NCBI GenBank assembly: GCA_023957375.1
Contig: JAMLHB010000002.1
Location: 124,812-188,811 of the forward strand
Length of the DNA: 64,000 nucleotides
DNA from: Flavobacteriales bacterium
Lineage (GTDB): Bacteria; Bacteroidota; Bacteroidia; Flavobacteriales_F; PHOS-HE28
Direction of reading: 5' to 3'
Part shown: one piece after another, positions 35,486 through 45,205 of the stretch
Layout of the letters: every line of letters starts with the position of its first letter
Position numbering within the stretch: the first letter of the stretch is position 1
Position numbers and translations under genes: made by a program
Notes under the pieces: generated by a model
Told to the model about the DNA's origin: nothing
The model's input: the letters and a program-made list of their open reading frames with translations, nothing else
Database searches by the model: none

Positions 35486-37285
35486 ATGAGCGTGCATGAG
35501 CTGATCGTGCTGGGGGTGGTGGTCGGCGCCATTATCCTGTTCATCACCGAATGGCTCAGCGTGGACCTGATCGCCCTGCTGGCGATCGCGGTGCTGGTGA
35601 TCAGCGGCGTGCTCACCCCGCAGCAGGGCCTGGCGGGCTTCAGCGACCCGGCCACGCTCACCGTGGCCTTCATGCTGGTGCTCAGCGCGGCAGTGTTCCA
35701 ATCGGGCGTGTTGCGCGTGTTGTCGCCCATGCTCGGCGAGCAGATGCGGCGCGGCGAAGTGAGGGGCATGCTGATGGTGCTGCTGGGCGTGCCGGTGATC
35801 TCCGCGTTCCTGAACAACACGCCCATCGTGGCCATCTTCATCCCCATTGTGGTCCAAGCCGCACGGCAGGCGGGCATCAGCGCCTCGCGCATGCTCATCC
35901 CGCTCTCATACATCACCATCCTCGGGGGCACCAGCACGCTGGTCGGCACCTCCACCAACTTCGTGGTGAGCGGCATTGCGGTGGAGCACGGGCTGAAACC
36001 CCTGGCCTTGTTCCAGCAAACGCCCATGGGCCTGGTGTTCCTGGCGGCCGGCATCCTGTACATCCTGCTGTTCGGCCGCCGCTTCCTGCGGCGCGACCGC
36101 GACCCCACCGGCCTGGAGGAGCGGTTCGGGGTGAAGGACTACGTGAGCGAGATCGAACTGCTGCCCACCGCCCCCAGCGTCGGCCGCCGCATCATGGATT
36201 CCCCCCTGGTGAAGGCCATGGACATGGACATCATCGAGATCCGCCGCGATGGCCAGGTCTTCACCATCCCGGCGGGCGACATGGTGCTGCAGGCCCACGA
36301 CCTGCTCAAGGTCCGTTGCGACATCGGCCACATCCGCACCCTGGGCCAACGCAGCCATGTGCGCATCCGGCCCGCCGGCGGCAAAGCGGCAGAGCAGGCC
36401 CATGCCGACGACGGCACCAAGCTGGTGGAATTGGTGATCACGGCCAACTCACCGTTGGAGGGAAGCACCATCGATGAGGCCGACCTGATGCGCACCTATC
36501 GCGCCGTACCCTTGGCCGTGCGCTCGCGTGAAGCCGTGGTGAACCAGCGCTTGGAAGACATCGTGCTGCGCGCCGGCGACGTGATCCTGGCCGAGGTCCG
36601 CAGCCACTATGTGGACCGCCTGCGAGCCCTGGACCGCGAGGCCGACAGCCCGTTCGCGATCATTGCCGAGCAGGAAGGCCACATCGGCATCGACAAGCGC
36701 ACCGCCCTGATCACCACGGGCACGCTGCTGGCCGTGGTGCTCAGCTCGGCCTTCGGGCTGCTACCCATCGTGGTGGCTGCGCTCATCGGCGTGTGCGTGG
36801 TGGTGCTCACCCGCTGCATGTCCATGAAGGACGTGTACGACGCCATCGACTGGAAGATCATCTTCCTGATGGCAGGCTCGCTCAGCTTAGGCATGGGCAT
36901 GAGCCAGAGCGGACTGGCCGATCGCAGTGCCCACGCCTTGGTGGGCGCACTGGGTGACAAGGGGCCCATCTTCGTGCTGGCTGGCATTTACATCGCCACC
37001 GCCCTGCTCACCGAAGTGATGTCCAACAACGCTACGGCGGCCATGCTCGCACCCATCGCCATTGCCGCCGCACAAGCCTTGAATGTCAGCCCGCTGCCCT
37101 TCATCATGGCCGTCACCTTTGCCGCTTCGTTCAGCTTCATGACGCCCATCGGCTACCAGACCAACATGATGGTGTACAGCGCGGGCCGCTACAAATTCAC
37201 CGACTTCACCCGCACGGGGGCACCGCTGGCATTGATCCTCTTCATTTTGGCGGTGGCCCTGATACCGGTGTTCTATCCCTTCTGA
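35486..37285 (+). CDS. SLC13/CitMHS family permease with TrkA-C domains
   Basis: SAFLNNTP, TLVGTSTN, MSNNATA, FMTPIGYQTN. Confidence 0.9.
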   Translation: MSVHELIVLGVVVGAIILFITEWLSVDLIALLAIAVLVISGVLTPQQGLAGFSDPATLTVAFMLVLSAAVFQSGVLRVLSPMLGEQMRRGEVRGMLMVLLGVPVISAFLNNTPIVAIFIPIVVQAARQAGISASRMLIPLSYITILGGTSTLVGTSTNFVVSGIAVEHGLKPLALFQQTPMGLVFLAAGILYILLFGRRFLRRDRDPTGLEERFGVKDYVSEIELLPTAPSVGRRIMDSPLVKAMDMDIIEIRRDGQVFTIPAGDMVLQAHDLLKVRCDIGHIRTLGQRSHVRIRPAGGKAAEQAHADDGTKLVELVITANSPLEGSTIDEADLMRTYRAVPLAVRSREAVVNQRLEDIVLRAGDVILAEVRSHYVDRLRALDREADSPFAIIAEQEGHIGIDKRTALITTGTLLAVVLSSAFGLLPIVVAALIGVCVVVLTRCMSMKDVYDAIDWKIIFLMAGSLSLGMGMSQSGLADRSAHALVGALGDKGPIFVLAGIYIATALLTEVMSNNATAAMLAPIAIAAAQALNVSPLPFIMAVTFAASFSFMTPIGYQTNMMVYSAGRYKFTDFTRTGAPLALILFILAVALIPVFYPF

Positions 37286-37291
37286 GCGCGC

Positions 37292-38113
37292 ATGCTGGTG
37301 TTCCCCTTTGCCAAGATCAACCTCGGCCTGCAGGTGCTCCGCAAACGGCCCGATGGCTACCACGACATCCGCAGCGTGCTCTTCCCCATCCCCCTGTGCG
37401 ATGCGCTGGAAGCCGTGGTGGACGAAAGCCTCGCGTCCGGCGAGGTGCAGTTTGAAAGCAGCGGCCTTCCTGTACCCGGTGATGCCGCCGCCAACCTCTG
37501 CCTGAAGGCCGTGGAGCTGATCCGCGAACAGCGCGAACTGCCCGGCCTGCGCATACACCTGCTTAAGGCCATTCCCACCGGCGCGGGCCTCGGGGGTGGC
37601 AGCAGCGATGGCGCACATACCCTGCTCCTGCTGAACAAGCTACTGGACCTGCGCCTTGCTGCGGAGGAACTGCATGCCATGGCCTCCCGGCTCGGCAGCG
37701 ACTGTCCGTTCTTCCTGAAGCAGCAGCCGCAACTGGCCGAGGGGCGCGGCGAGCAGCTTAGCCAGATCGACGTGGACCTCAAAGGCCACTGGCTGGTGCT
37801 GGTGAATCCCGGCATCCACGTGCCCACTGCGGAAGTGTTCCAAGGCATGACGTTGACGGATGTCCACACCGATCTGCAAGAAGCATTGAAAGACCCGCCG
37901 TCAGCATGGCAATGCACCGTGATGAACGACATGGAGCCGTACGCCTTCGCCAAGCACCCGGCCATTGGCACCATCAAGGCTGAATTATTGAAGCACGGCG
38001 CGGTGTACGCGGCGATGAGCGGTTCGGGCAGCAGCGTGTTCGGTATCTTCAGGGAAGAGCCTACGGCACCTGAGTTCCCCGCTGCATACCGCAGCTGGGT
38101 GTTTCCCTTGTGA
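37292..38113 (+). CDS. ispE: 4-diphosphocytidyl-2C-methyl-D-erythritol kinase
   Basis: AKINLGL, IPTGAGLGGGSSD, GSDCPFF, MSGSGS. Confidence 0.97.
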   Translation: MLVFPFAKINLGLQVLRKRPDGYHDIRSVLFPIPLCDALEAVVDESLASGEVQFESSGLPVPGDAAANLCLKAVELIREQRELPGLRIHLLKAIPTGAGLGGGSSDGAHTLLLLNKLLDLRLAAEELHAMASRLGSDCPFFLKQQPQLAEGRGEQLSQIDVDLKGHWLVLVNPGIHVPTAEVFQGMTLTDVHTDLQEALKDPPSAWQCTVMNDMEPYAFAKHPAIGTIKAELLKHGAVYAAMSGSGSSVFGIFREEPTAPEFPAAYRSWVFPL

Positions 38114-38164
38114 TTGATCGTGGTTCGCAGGGCATAGGGCGTAGTTGTTCGTTGCCCTCCCTTT

Positions 38165-38312
38165 TCGCGTGAGCCCCTTGGCGTGCTTGGCGTCTTGGCG
38201 GTTAACCCGCATGCTTCGCGTCCTCGCGTGAGCCCCTTGGCGTGCTTGGCGTCTTGGCGGTTAACCCGCATGCTTCGCGTCCTCGCGTGAGTCCCTTGGC
38301 GCCTTGGCGGTT
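38165..38312. repeat. 59-bp tandem repeat (about 2.5 copies) built from cttggcg units
   Basis: tcgcgtgag(c/t)ccc starts at 38165, 38224 and 38283. Confidence 0.9.
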
Positions 38313-38355
38313 CACTCCCCTACTCCCTACTTTGCACCTTCATTCCCGATAGAAC

Positions 38356-40269
38356 ATGGACATCACCCACATCCGCACCAAAGCCGACTACGACGAAGCC
38401 TACCGCCAAAGCGTGCAGGACCCCGAAGCCTTTTGGGCCGCACAGGCCGAAACCTTCACCTGGCGCAAGAAGTGGGACAAGGTGCTGGAGTGGGACTTCA
38501 AAAAGCCCGAGGTGAAGTGGTTCATCGGCGGCAAGCTCAACATCACCGAGAACTGCTTGGACCGCCACCTGGAAAAGCGCGGCAACAAGCTCGCGCTGAT
38601 CTGGGAGCCCAACGATCCCAGCGAGCGCTTCATCCGCTACACCTACCGCGAACTGCACGAGCGCGTGTGCCAGTACGCCAACGTGCTCAAGCGCAACGGC
38701 GCGAAGAAGGGCGACCGCATCTGCATCTACATGCCGATGATCCCCGAGCTCACCATCGCCGTGCTGGCCTGCGCGCGCATCGGAGCCATCCACTCGGTGG
38801 TCTTCGCAGGCTTCAGCGCCAAGAGCATCGCCGACCGAGTGAACGACGCCCAATGCAGCATGGTGCTCACCAGCGACGGACTGCACCGCGGCCACAAGCA
38901 GATCCCCGTGAAACGCGTGGTGGACGAGGCCTTGGAGGAATGCCCCAGCGTGAAGAAGGTGATCGTTACCGACCGCCTCGGCTGGGCCGTGGACATGCAG
39001 GAAGGCCGCGACGTGTGGCTGCACGAGGAGTTGAAACACGTGGACAAGCACTGCCCCGCCGAGGAGATGGACGCCGAGGACCCGCTCTTCATCCTCTACA
39101 CCAGCGGCAGCACCGGCAAGCCCAAGGGCGTGGTGCATACCTGCGGCGGCTACATGGTTTTTTGCGACTACACCTTCCGCAACGTGTTCCAATACGAGGA
39201 AAGCGACATCTACTGGTGTACCGCCGACATCGGCTGGGTAACCGGCCACAGCTACATCATCTACGGGCCGCTCTGCGCCGGGGCCACCACGCTGATGTTC
39301 GAGGGCGTGCCCACCTTCCCCGACGCGGGCCGCTTCTGGCAGGTGATCGACAAGCACGGCGTGAACATCTTCTACACCGCGCCCACCGCCATCCGCAGCC
39401 TCATGGCCCACGGCCTGGACCACGTGCTGGCCTACTCGCTGGATTCACTCAAGGTGCTCGGCAGCGTGGGCGAGCCCATCAACGCCGAAGCATGGCAGTG
39501 GTACAAACTGCACGTGGGCAAGAACCGCTGCCCCATTGTTGACACATGGTGGCAAACGGAAACGGCGGGCATCATGATCAGCTCCCTCGCAGGCGTCACC
39601 GATGAAAAGCCCAGCCACGCCGCCTACCCGCTGCCCGGCGTGCAACCCGTGCTGCTCACCGCCGACGGCAAGGAGATCACCGAAAACGAAGTGGAAGGCA
39701 TGCTCTGCATGAAGTTCCCTTGGCCCGGCATCCTGCGCACCACTTGGGGCGACCCCGAGCGCTACAAGCAGACCTACTTCAGCAGCTACCCCGGCCACTA
39801 CTTCAGCGGCGACGGCGCCAAGCGCGATGCCCAGGGCCGCTGGCGCGTGATCGGCCGCGTGGACGACGTGATCAACGTAAGCGGCCACCGCTTCGGCACC
39901 GCCGAGATAGAAAGCGCCATCAACCTCAGCGAGCGCGTGGTGGAAAGCGCCGTGGTGGGCTACCCGCACGACATCAAGGGCCAAGGCATCTACGCCTACG
40001 TCATCACCGCCGAGCCGCTGGACCTCACCGACAAGCAGGCCGTGGACCGCATCACCGGCGAGATCGTGGAATCCGTGGTGGCCAGCATCGGCCGCATCGC
40101 CAAGCCCGACAAGATCCAATTCGTAAGCGGCCTGCCGAAAACCCGCAGCGGCAAGATCATGCGGAGGATCCTGCGCAAGATCGCCGAGGGCGAGATGAGC
40201 AACCTGGGGGATACGACGACATTGCTGGATCCCGGTGTGGTGGAGGAGATCAAGGGGGGGAGGGTGTGA
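38356..40269 (+). CDS. acs: Acetyl-CoA synthetase
   Basis: [37 protein letters not shown]. Confidence 0.98.
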   Translation: MDITHIRTKADYDEAYRQSVQDPEAFWAAQAETFTWRKKWDKVLEWDFKKPEVKWFIGGKLNITENCLDRHLEKRGNKLALIWEPNDPSERFIRYTYRELHERVCQYANVLKRNGAKKGDRICIYMPMIPELTIAVLACARIGAIHSVVFAGFSAKSIADRVNDAQCSMVLTSDGLHRGHKQIPVKRVVDEALEECPSVKKVIVTDRLGWAVDMQEGRDVWLHEELKHVDKHCPAEEMDAEDPLFILYTSGSTGKPKGVVHTCGGYMVFCDYTFRNVFQYEESDIYWCTADIGWVTGHSYIIYGPLCAGATTLMFEGVPTFPDAGRFWQVIDKHGVNIFYTAPTAIRSLMAHGLDHVLAYSLDSLKVLGSVGEPINAEAWQWYKLHVGKNRCPIVDTWWQTETAGIMISSLAGVTDEKPSHAAYPLPGVQPVLLTADGKEITENEVEGMLCMKFPWPGILRTTWGDPERYKQTYFSSYPGHYFSGDGAKRDAQGRWRVIGRVDDVINVSGHRFGTAEIESAINLSERVVESAVVGYPHDIKGQGIYAYVITAEPLDLTDKQAVDRITGEIVESVVASIGRIAKPDKIQFVSGLPKTRSGKIMRRILRKIAEGEMSNLGDTTTLLDPGVVEEIKGGRV

Positions 40270-40310
40270 GTACAACCGCTCGATGGAAGCCCGTTTGTTA
40301 TCTTTACATC

Positions 40311-40544
40311 ATGGAGGTCAAGCTCAACATACCCTTCGAACAACTGCTACGGGCCTTGTCACAATTGACGCCCTTGCAGCGGCGGAAAGCAAAGGCCGTG
40401 CTTGAACGGAAGTCGGCGGGTAAGACCTCGGAAGCTGGAGAGAACTTGGCTGAGCTGCTGTTGCACGGACCTGTATTTTCCGAGGAGCAACTGCTGCGCA
40501 TGGAGGAAACCCGCAAGGCTTTCGCGACATGGCGGGACCGTTAG
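40311..40544 (+). CDS. Putative antitoxin (77 aa) of the PIN toxin
   Basis: MEVKLNIPFEQLL...LLLHGPVFSEEQ...W; overlaps the PIN gene; second copy at 46110. Confidence 0.8.
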   Translation: MEVKLNIPFEQLLRALSQLTPLQRRKAKAVLERKSAGKTSEAGENLAELLLHGPVFSEEQLLRMEETRKAFATWRDR

Positions 40545-40924
40545 TGCTGGTGGACACGTCCGTGCTGATCGACTATTTCCGGAGGAAGGACAAGGGCCGG
40601 ACCTTGCTCCATCAACTGGCCGAGGACGGTTGCACCTTGAAACTTTCCGTGATCACGGAATACGAGGTATACGTTGGTGCCACCACGGATCAGCTCGCAT
40701 ATTGGGACCAGGTGCTGGAACATATTGAGGTGTTGCCCCTCGGATCCCGGGAAGTGCGCCGGGCCGCAATGATCCAGGCCAAATTGAAACGGCAACGAAT
40801 GCAAGTGGCACTCCCCGATCTATTCATAGCCGCCACGGCGTTGGAGGCGGACCTGCCGGTAGCCACGTTGAACAGGAAACACTTCGTCGCATTGCCAGGG
40901 ATCCGGCTATTCCCAAAGGATTGA
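40529..40924 (+). CDS. vapC: VapC PIN-domain toxin
   Basis: LVDTSVLIDY, ITEYE, DLFIAATA, TLNRKHF. Confidence 0.92.
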   Translation: MAGPLVLVDTSVLIDYFRRKDKGRTLLHQLAEDGCTLKLSVITEYEVYVGATTDQLAYWDQVLEHIEVLPLGSREVRRAAMIQAKLKRQRMQVALPDLFIAATALEADLPVATLNRKHFVALPGIRLFPKD

Positions 40925-40941
40925 GATAGTAATGCCTTATG

Positions 40942-41122
40942 GGCCGCATCGCCAAGCCGGACAAGATCCAGTTCGTAAGCGGCCTGCCGAAAACGCGCTC
41001 CGGCAAGATCATGCGCCGCATCCTGCGCAAGATCGCCGAGGGCGAAATGAGCAACCTGGGGGATACGACCACGCTGTTGGATCCCGGGGTGGTGGAGGAG
41101 ATCATGGGGGGGGAGGGTGTGA
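40942..41122 (+). repeat. acs 3'-end copy 1
   Basis: Encodes [22 protein letters not shown]...EEI. Versus 40090-40269 it has 12 synonymous codon changes, one K>M change and +1 G. Confidence 0.97.
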
Positions 41123-41180
41123 GGAATGTGCATCAGCATGGAGGCGTGGATTGAAGAGCCAATATGCTATCTTTGAAATC

Positions 41181-41393
41181 ATGAAAACGCCAGGTCTAAA
41201 AGGAGTGCGACTGATCACGGACGAGACCGAGAACAGGCGCTACGTACAAATTGACCTGGTGACCTTGGCCAAGGATCCGGAGGCCGTGGACGAGTATTTG
41301 GACGGACTGATCGCACAAGAGCGCAGGAATGAACCAAGCATCCCGCACGAACAGGTGATGCGCGCCTTGTACAAACGTGCCGGAAGGAAGTGA
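41181..41393 (+). CDS. Putative antitoxin (70 aa) of the RelE toxin
   Basis: MKTPGLKGVRLITDE...; GTGA overlap with RelE; TATCTTTG box at 41168-41175. Confidence 0.8.
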   Translation: MKTPGLKGVRLITDETENRRYVQIDLVTLAKDPEAVDEYLDGLIAQERRNEPSIPHEQVMRALYKRAGRK

Positions 41394-41647
41394 GCTACCA
41401 CGTTGAATGGTTGCGCAGTGCGGCGAGGGAGTTGAATGCCCTGCCTGTCCAAGTTGCGGTCCGCATTGGTGAAGCTGTGGGCCGGCTTGCACAAGAACCA
41501 AGGCCTCAAGGGTGCAAAAAGCTTGTCGGTCACAAGGACCTATGGCGCATCAGGATCGGGAACTACCGGGTGATCTACTTCATCGGGGATGCGGTAAAGC
41601 TGGTGCGCATCGAAAAGGTGTCGAACAGGAAGGACGCATACCGATAA
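41390..41647 (+). CDS. relE: RelE/StbE family toxin
   Basis: PRPQGCKKLVG, WRIRIGNYRVIY, RKDAY. Confidence 0.93.
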   Translation: MSYHVEWLRSAARELNALPVQVAVRIGEAVGRLAQEPRPQGCKKLVGHKDLWRIRIGNYRVIYFIGDAVKLVRIEKVSNRKDAYR

Positions 41648-41652
41648 GGAAT

Positions 41653-41830
41653 CCGCATCGCCAAGCCCGACAAGATCCAGTTCGTGAACGGCCTGCCGAA
41701 GACGCGCAGTGGGAAGATCATGCGGAGGATCCTGCGCAAGATCGCCGAGGGCGAGATGAGCAACCTGGGGGATACCACCACGCTGCTGGATCCCGGGGTG
41801 GTGGAGGAGATCAAGGGGGGGAGGGTGTGA
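41653..41830 (+). repeat. acs 3'-end copy 2
   Basis: [21 protein letters not shown]...GGRV*; one amino-acid change, the rest synonymous. Confidence 0.97.
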
Positions 41831-41870
41831 GGAATGTGCATGCAGGCATGAAACAGATTCTTTGGTTTTT

Positions 41871-42008
41871 GGGCGTGCCCCCGCTCTTTGCCGGAGGTTG
41901 TCGGAGGAGCGGGGTCGCGCTTTCCGCTGCAACTCCGCGCCCGGTTGCTTCGTCGTTCCTCCTCGCAATGACCGGGCTTGCGGGGTTTCCGCTGCAATCG
42001 CTCACGCG
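41871..42008 (+). ncRNA. Flavo-1-like structured element, copy C
   Basis: GGGCGTGCCCCC...GGGGTCGCGCTTTCCGCTGCAA...CCTCCTCG...TTTCCGCTGCAATCGCTCACGC. Confidence 0.6.
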
Positions 42009-42088
42009 GGAGCGTGTATACAACATCTGGGTCAAGAGCAGCAATGCGAGGATTCAGGTTATTATTGCAAGACCAACGCGCAGTTTGA

Positions 42089-42922
42089 ATGAAGCGACCT
42101 AACAGGCAATTACCATCGATAGTGTTCAAGTTTGTCGGACTTATATTGGCAAGCTTCATTGCATGCTGGATTTTCAGCATTATCTCCATAGCCATCGGAT
42201 CGGGCGATCCACAATACGAACTTGATGAACTACGCAAAGAGAGACTATTTGAGGTCGCAGGTAAAAAGGCCAAAGAATCCGCGGAGCCATATCTAGAAAT
42301 TAGTGACTCCATATATCAGATGCACTTGGCGTTCCGAAAAGATGCTTGGAGGATATCTATAAGCGATCACGAACGACTCGAGGACTCCATATATCATTCA
42401 AAACACGTTGTAGATCGTTTTGTCCAGCATGCTATCTATGGCTTCGGCAGCGCATGGTATGCCTATGGCAATATTCTTGAATCAAGGGCGATGCAAACCC
42501 AAGGAAAAGAACTCATGGCTGCATATGTTATTTCACAGCCTGGCCGTACAAAGATTCAAGATGCACTGTACGTACCCGCCGGCTTCATGTTGACTGCCGA
42601 TGCATTTGGAAAACATCTACTCCCCATATTGCTCTGTGTTATTGCTATGGCATGTACAAGTAAATTACACCCTGACATTATCAGAATATTACTAGCCCTC
42701 GCAATCAGCTTTGCCCTTGAGTCCTTCCTAAATTCCGGATATGTCAGAGCGTTTCAATACTTCATCATAGACACACCTCGTTCAACTGGAATTGCCTGGG
42801 CATCACCAATTACTCTCTTAATCATATACTTACCCATATCGATAATCAGCATATCGATTTGGCCAAAAATCGAACATAATCAATCTACCTTTTCATCTGA
42901 TGAGAAACCCAAATCAAAATGA
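42089..42922 (+). CDS. Low-GC hypothetical membrane protein
   Basis: 277 aa with one N-terminal and about three C-terminal hydrophobic helices; AT-rich relative to the host. Confidence 0.7.
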   Translation: MKRPNRQLPSIVFKFVGLILASFIACWIFSIISIAIGSGDPQYELDELRKERLFEVAGKKAKESAEPYLEISDSIYQMHLAFRKDAWRISISDHERLEDSIYHSKHVVDRFVQHAIYGFGSAWYAYGNILESRAMQTQGKELMAAYVISQPGRTKIQDALYVPAGFMLTADAFGKHLLPILLCVIAMACTSKLHPDIIRILLALAISFALESFLNSGYVRAFQYFIIDTPRSTGIAWASPITLLIIYLPISIISISIWPKIEHNQSTFSSDEKPKSK

Positions 42923-43009
42923 CCTAATTATATAATTTTCATTATCCCTATTATCCATCCAACCGCAGCACGAGTCAGGGATATCAATAATGTTCTATTA
43001 AACAATCAA

Positions 43010-43696
43010 CTATCGCTTGCGCAATGATTTCAAAATACCATCGGCAACATTCTTCACATCAAGCCCTGCATCTTCACGATATGATACCGTAATCGTAAAT
43101 GACTTATCTGCATCCATAACTCGTTGCAATCTAACGTAAAAAATACCGCCATTGGGTGATGGTCGTTTGTATTCTGAAAGAAGCGTACAATAATCATGCA
43201 CCATGATTTTCTTCGATCCAGCCCAAGTTGGTACTGTTCGTTTCATTTGAATGGCCCCCTCCTCAATCTCAGATTGAAGTAATTTATCGTACTCTGATAG
43301 TTCGATTCTGGACAGGCTCATTATTTCTTTTTGCGTCACAGTCTGATAAGGGTAATATCGAATGTTAAACATTGCAACTACAACGCCTTCATTATTATAT
43401 AAATTAGCTGCAAATGACAGATCACTTGGAGTATAAGTGAGTCCATAACGTCCGAGGCTATCAACCACCATGTCATTCAGGCTTTCGCGTGAAGGCTTCG
43501 TGAAACGCACCCAATTTGATGGAATTGACACGGTCACTCCCTCCGGCAGATTAACAGTAATCAATCGATGGTTTGTATGTGGAGCCTGAGCGCGAGAGCC
43601 GCAACCAGTCAATACAATCATGCATATAGCAATCCAACGGATTGTATCAGAAAATACAATTGACTTAGCACCGTTCATGACTGAGGTACGTTCCAT
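43010..43696 (-). CDS. Low-GC hypothetical lipoprotein
   Basis: IVLTGC lipobox; VSIPSNW start of a possible PsbP/DcrB-like fold. Confidence 0.7.
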   Translation of the reverse strand: MERTSVMNGAKSIVFSDTIRWIAICMIVLTGCGSRAQAPHTNHRLITVNLPEGVTVSIPSNWVRFTKPSRESLNDMVVDSLGRYGLTYTPSDLSFAANLYNNEGVVVAMFNIRYYPYQTVTQKEIMSLSRIELSEYDKLLQSEIEEGAIQMKRTVPTWAGSKKIMVHDYCTLLSEYKRPSPNGGIFYVRLQRVMDADKSFTITVSYREDAGLDVKNVADGILKSLRKR

Positions 43697-43907
43697 TTAC
43701 TGGACGCGTTTAAAGCGGCTTCGTTAGTGCGGATTGGTGTTGTTGGAAGTTTGGTGTGAAGGTACGGTTATAAAGTATCCTGAGGACCTAAGTTTTAGAT
43801 TGGCCAGCGTATGGCCTTAGTAATGTCTGCTTACCAAAATCACGCCAACAACAAACGACGAAAGGGCTTTCATGAGCTACGTACAATACAAGTATGAGAG
43901 CCTTAAT

Positions 43908-44102
43908 CTACTTCTCCAGTCGCTTTCTCAACTTCTCAACTTCTTCCTGAAGTTTTTGAATAGCTCCCACAAAATCATCAGATCCAGTGCCCATGAGTCC
44001 TGACATGGTACTATTAAGCTGTCGCAAGGATTCTTTCAGACCGACGACCTCATACTTAAGCTCGCGTATATCGACGCTTAGGCTTTCGAGTTGATCTTCC
44101 AT
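43908..44102 (-). CDS. Small coiled-coil hypothetical protein
   Basis: MEDQLESLSVDIRELK...; TACCTTTG box at 44107-44114 directly upstream. Confidence 0.55.
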   Translation of the reverse strand: MEDQLESLSVDIRELKYEVVGLKESLRQLNSTMSGLMGTGSDDFVGAIQKLQEEVEKLRKRLEK

Positions 44103-44121
44103 GGTCCAAAGGTAATAACCT

Positions 44122-44340
44122 CCCAACTCTCGCGCGAGCGCAATGTCATTAAGTTAAGGGCAGTACGACCCGGATCGGCCCACATGCACTCGTACAAGGT
44201 GTGCGTCGTACGGTGCGCTGACTACTGTCGTCCTGCAAGCCGAATCCTTAACTTAATGACATTGCGCGCGAGCGTCCACGCTCGTGCCTATGTCAACCCG
44301 ATCGTTGTAGTACACGAGCGTGGAGGTTCGCGTGAGCTGT
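44122..44340. repeat. REP family GCGCGAGCGTCCACGCTCGTGC (also at 46023-46056, 47050-47082, 47420-47452, 47478-47500)
   Basis: Recurrent cccaactc(t/c)gcgcgagcgtccacgctcgtgc palindrome. Confidence 0.8.
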
Positions 44341-44387
44341 GGGATCCCGATGCCCTACTGAAGAATCAATGTCCTACCTTTGAAATC

Positions 44388-44600
44388 ATGAAATCACCTG
44401 GCCTAAAGGGAGTACGGCTGATCACGGACGAGACCGAGAACCGCCGGTATGTGCAAATTGACCTGGTGACCTTGGCCAAGGAGCCGGAAGCTGTGGACGA
44501 GTATCTGGACGGGCTGATCGCACAGGAGCGCCGGAACGAGCCAAGCATGCCGCACGAACAGGTGATGCGTGCGCTGTACAAACGTGACGGCAAGAAGTGA
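44388..44600 (+). CDS. Putative antitoxin, second copy
   Basis: Near-identical protein to 41181-41393; TACCTTTG at 44375-44382. Confidence 0.8.
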   Translation: MKSPGLKGVRLITDETENRRYVQIDLVTLAKEPEAVDEYLDGLIAQERRNEPSMPHEQVMRALYKRDGKK

Positions 44601-44854
44601 GCTACCAAGTTGAATGGTTGCGAAGTGCGGTGAGGGAGTTGAATGCCTTGCCGGTTCAAGTTGCGATCCGCATTGGTGAAACCGTTGGACGGCTTGCACA
44701 AGAACCACGGCCGCATGGGTGCAAAAAGCTTGTTGGCCACAAGGACCTGTGGCGTATCAGGATCGGTAGCTACCGGGTGATCTACTTCATTGGGGACGCG
44801 GTGAAGTTGGTCCGCATTGAGAAAGTTTCCGACAGAAAGGACGCTTACCGATAA
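44597..44854 (+). CDS. relE: RelE/StbE family toxin, second copy
   Basis: Near-identical protein to 41390-41647. Confidence 0.93.
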   Translation: MSYQVEWLRSAVRELNALPVQVAIRIGETVGRLAQEPRPHGCKKLVGHKDLWRIRIGSYRVIYFIGDAVKLVRIEKVSDRKDAYR

Positions 44855-44861
44855 ACAACAT

Positions 44862-45037
44862 GCATCGCCAAGTCGGACAGTCCCCAATTCGTGAGCGGCC
44901 TGCCCAAAACCCGCTCCGGCAAGATCATGCGCCGCATCCTGCGCAAGATCGCCGAAGGCGAAATGAGCAATTTGGGGGATACGACCACGCTGTTGGATCC
45001 AGGGGTGGTGGAGGAGATCAAGGGGGGGTGGGTGTGA
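44862..45037 (+). repeat. acs 3'-end copy 3
   Basis: [20 protein letters not shown]...GGWV*; more decayed at its 5' edge. Confidence 0.96.
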
Positions 45038-45054
45038 AAGCGCCGGATCGGAAT

Positions 45055-45168
45055 GGACCCCGGAGGGGTCCTACAGCGTTGCAACAACAACCAATGTGAT
45101 ACGACCCTGAAGGGGTCGCACAATGTTGTTCGATCAACCCCAACCACGCGACCCTGACGGGGTCGCAC
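45055..45168. repeat. Three REP palindromes upstream of the HUH transposase
   Basis: gaccccggaggggtc, cgaccctgaaggggtcgcac, cgaccctgacggggtcgcac. Confidence 0.85.
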
Positions 45169-45205
45169 GGCACAGCTGAATACCTTCACGACAAAGACCC
45201 AGCCC

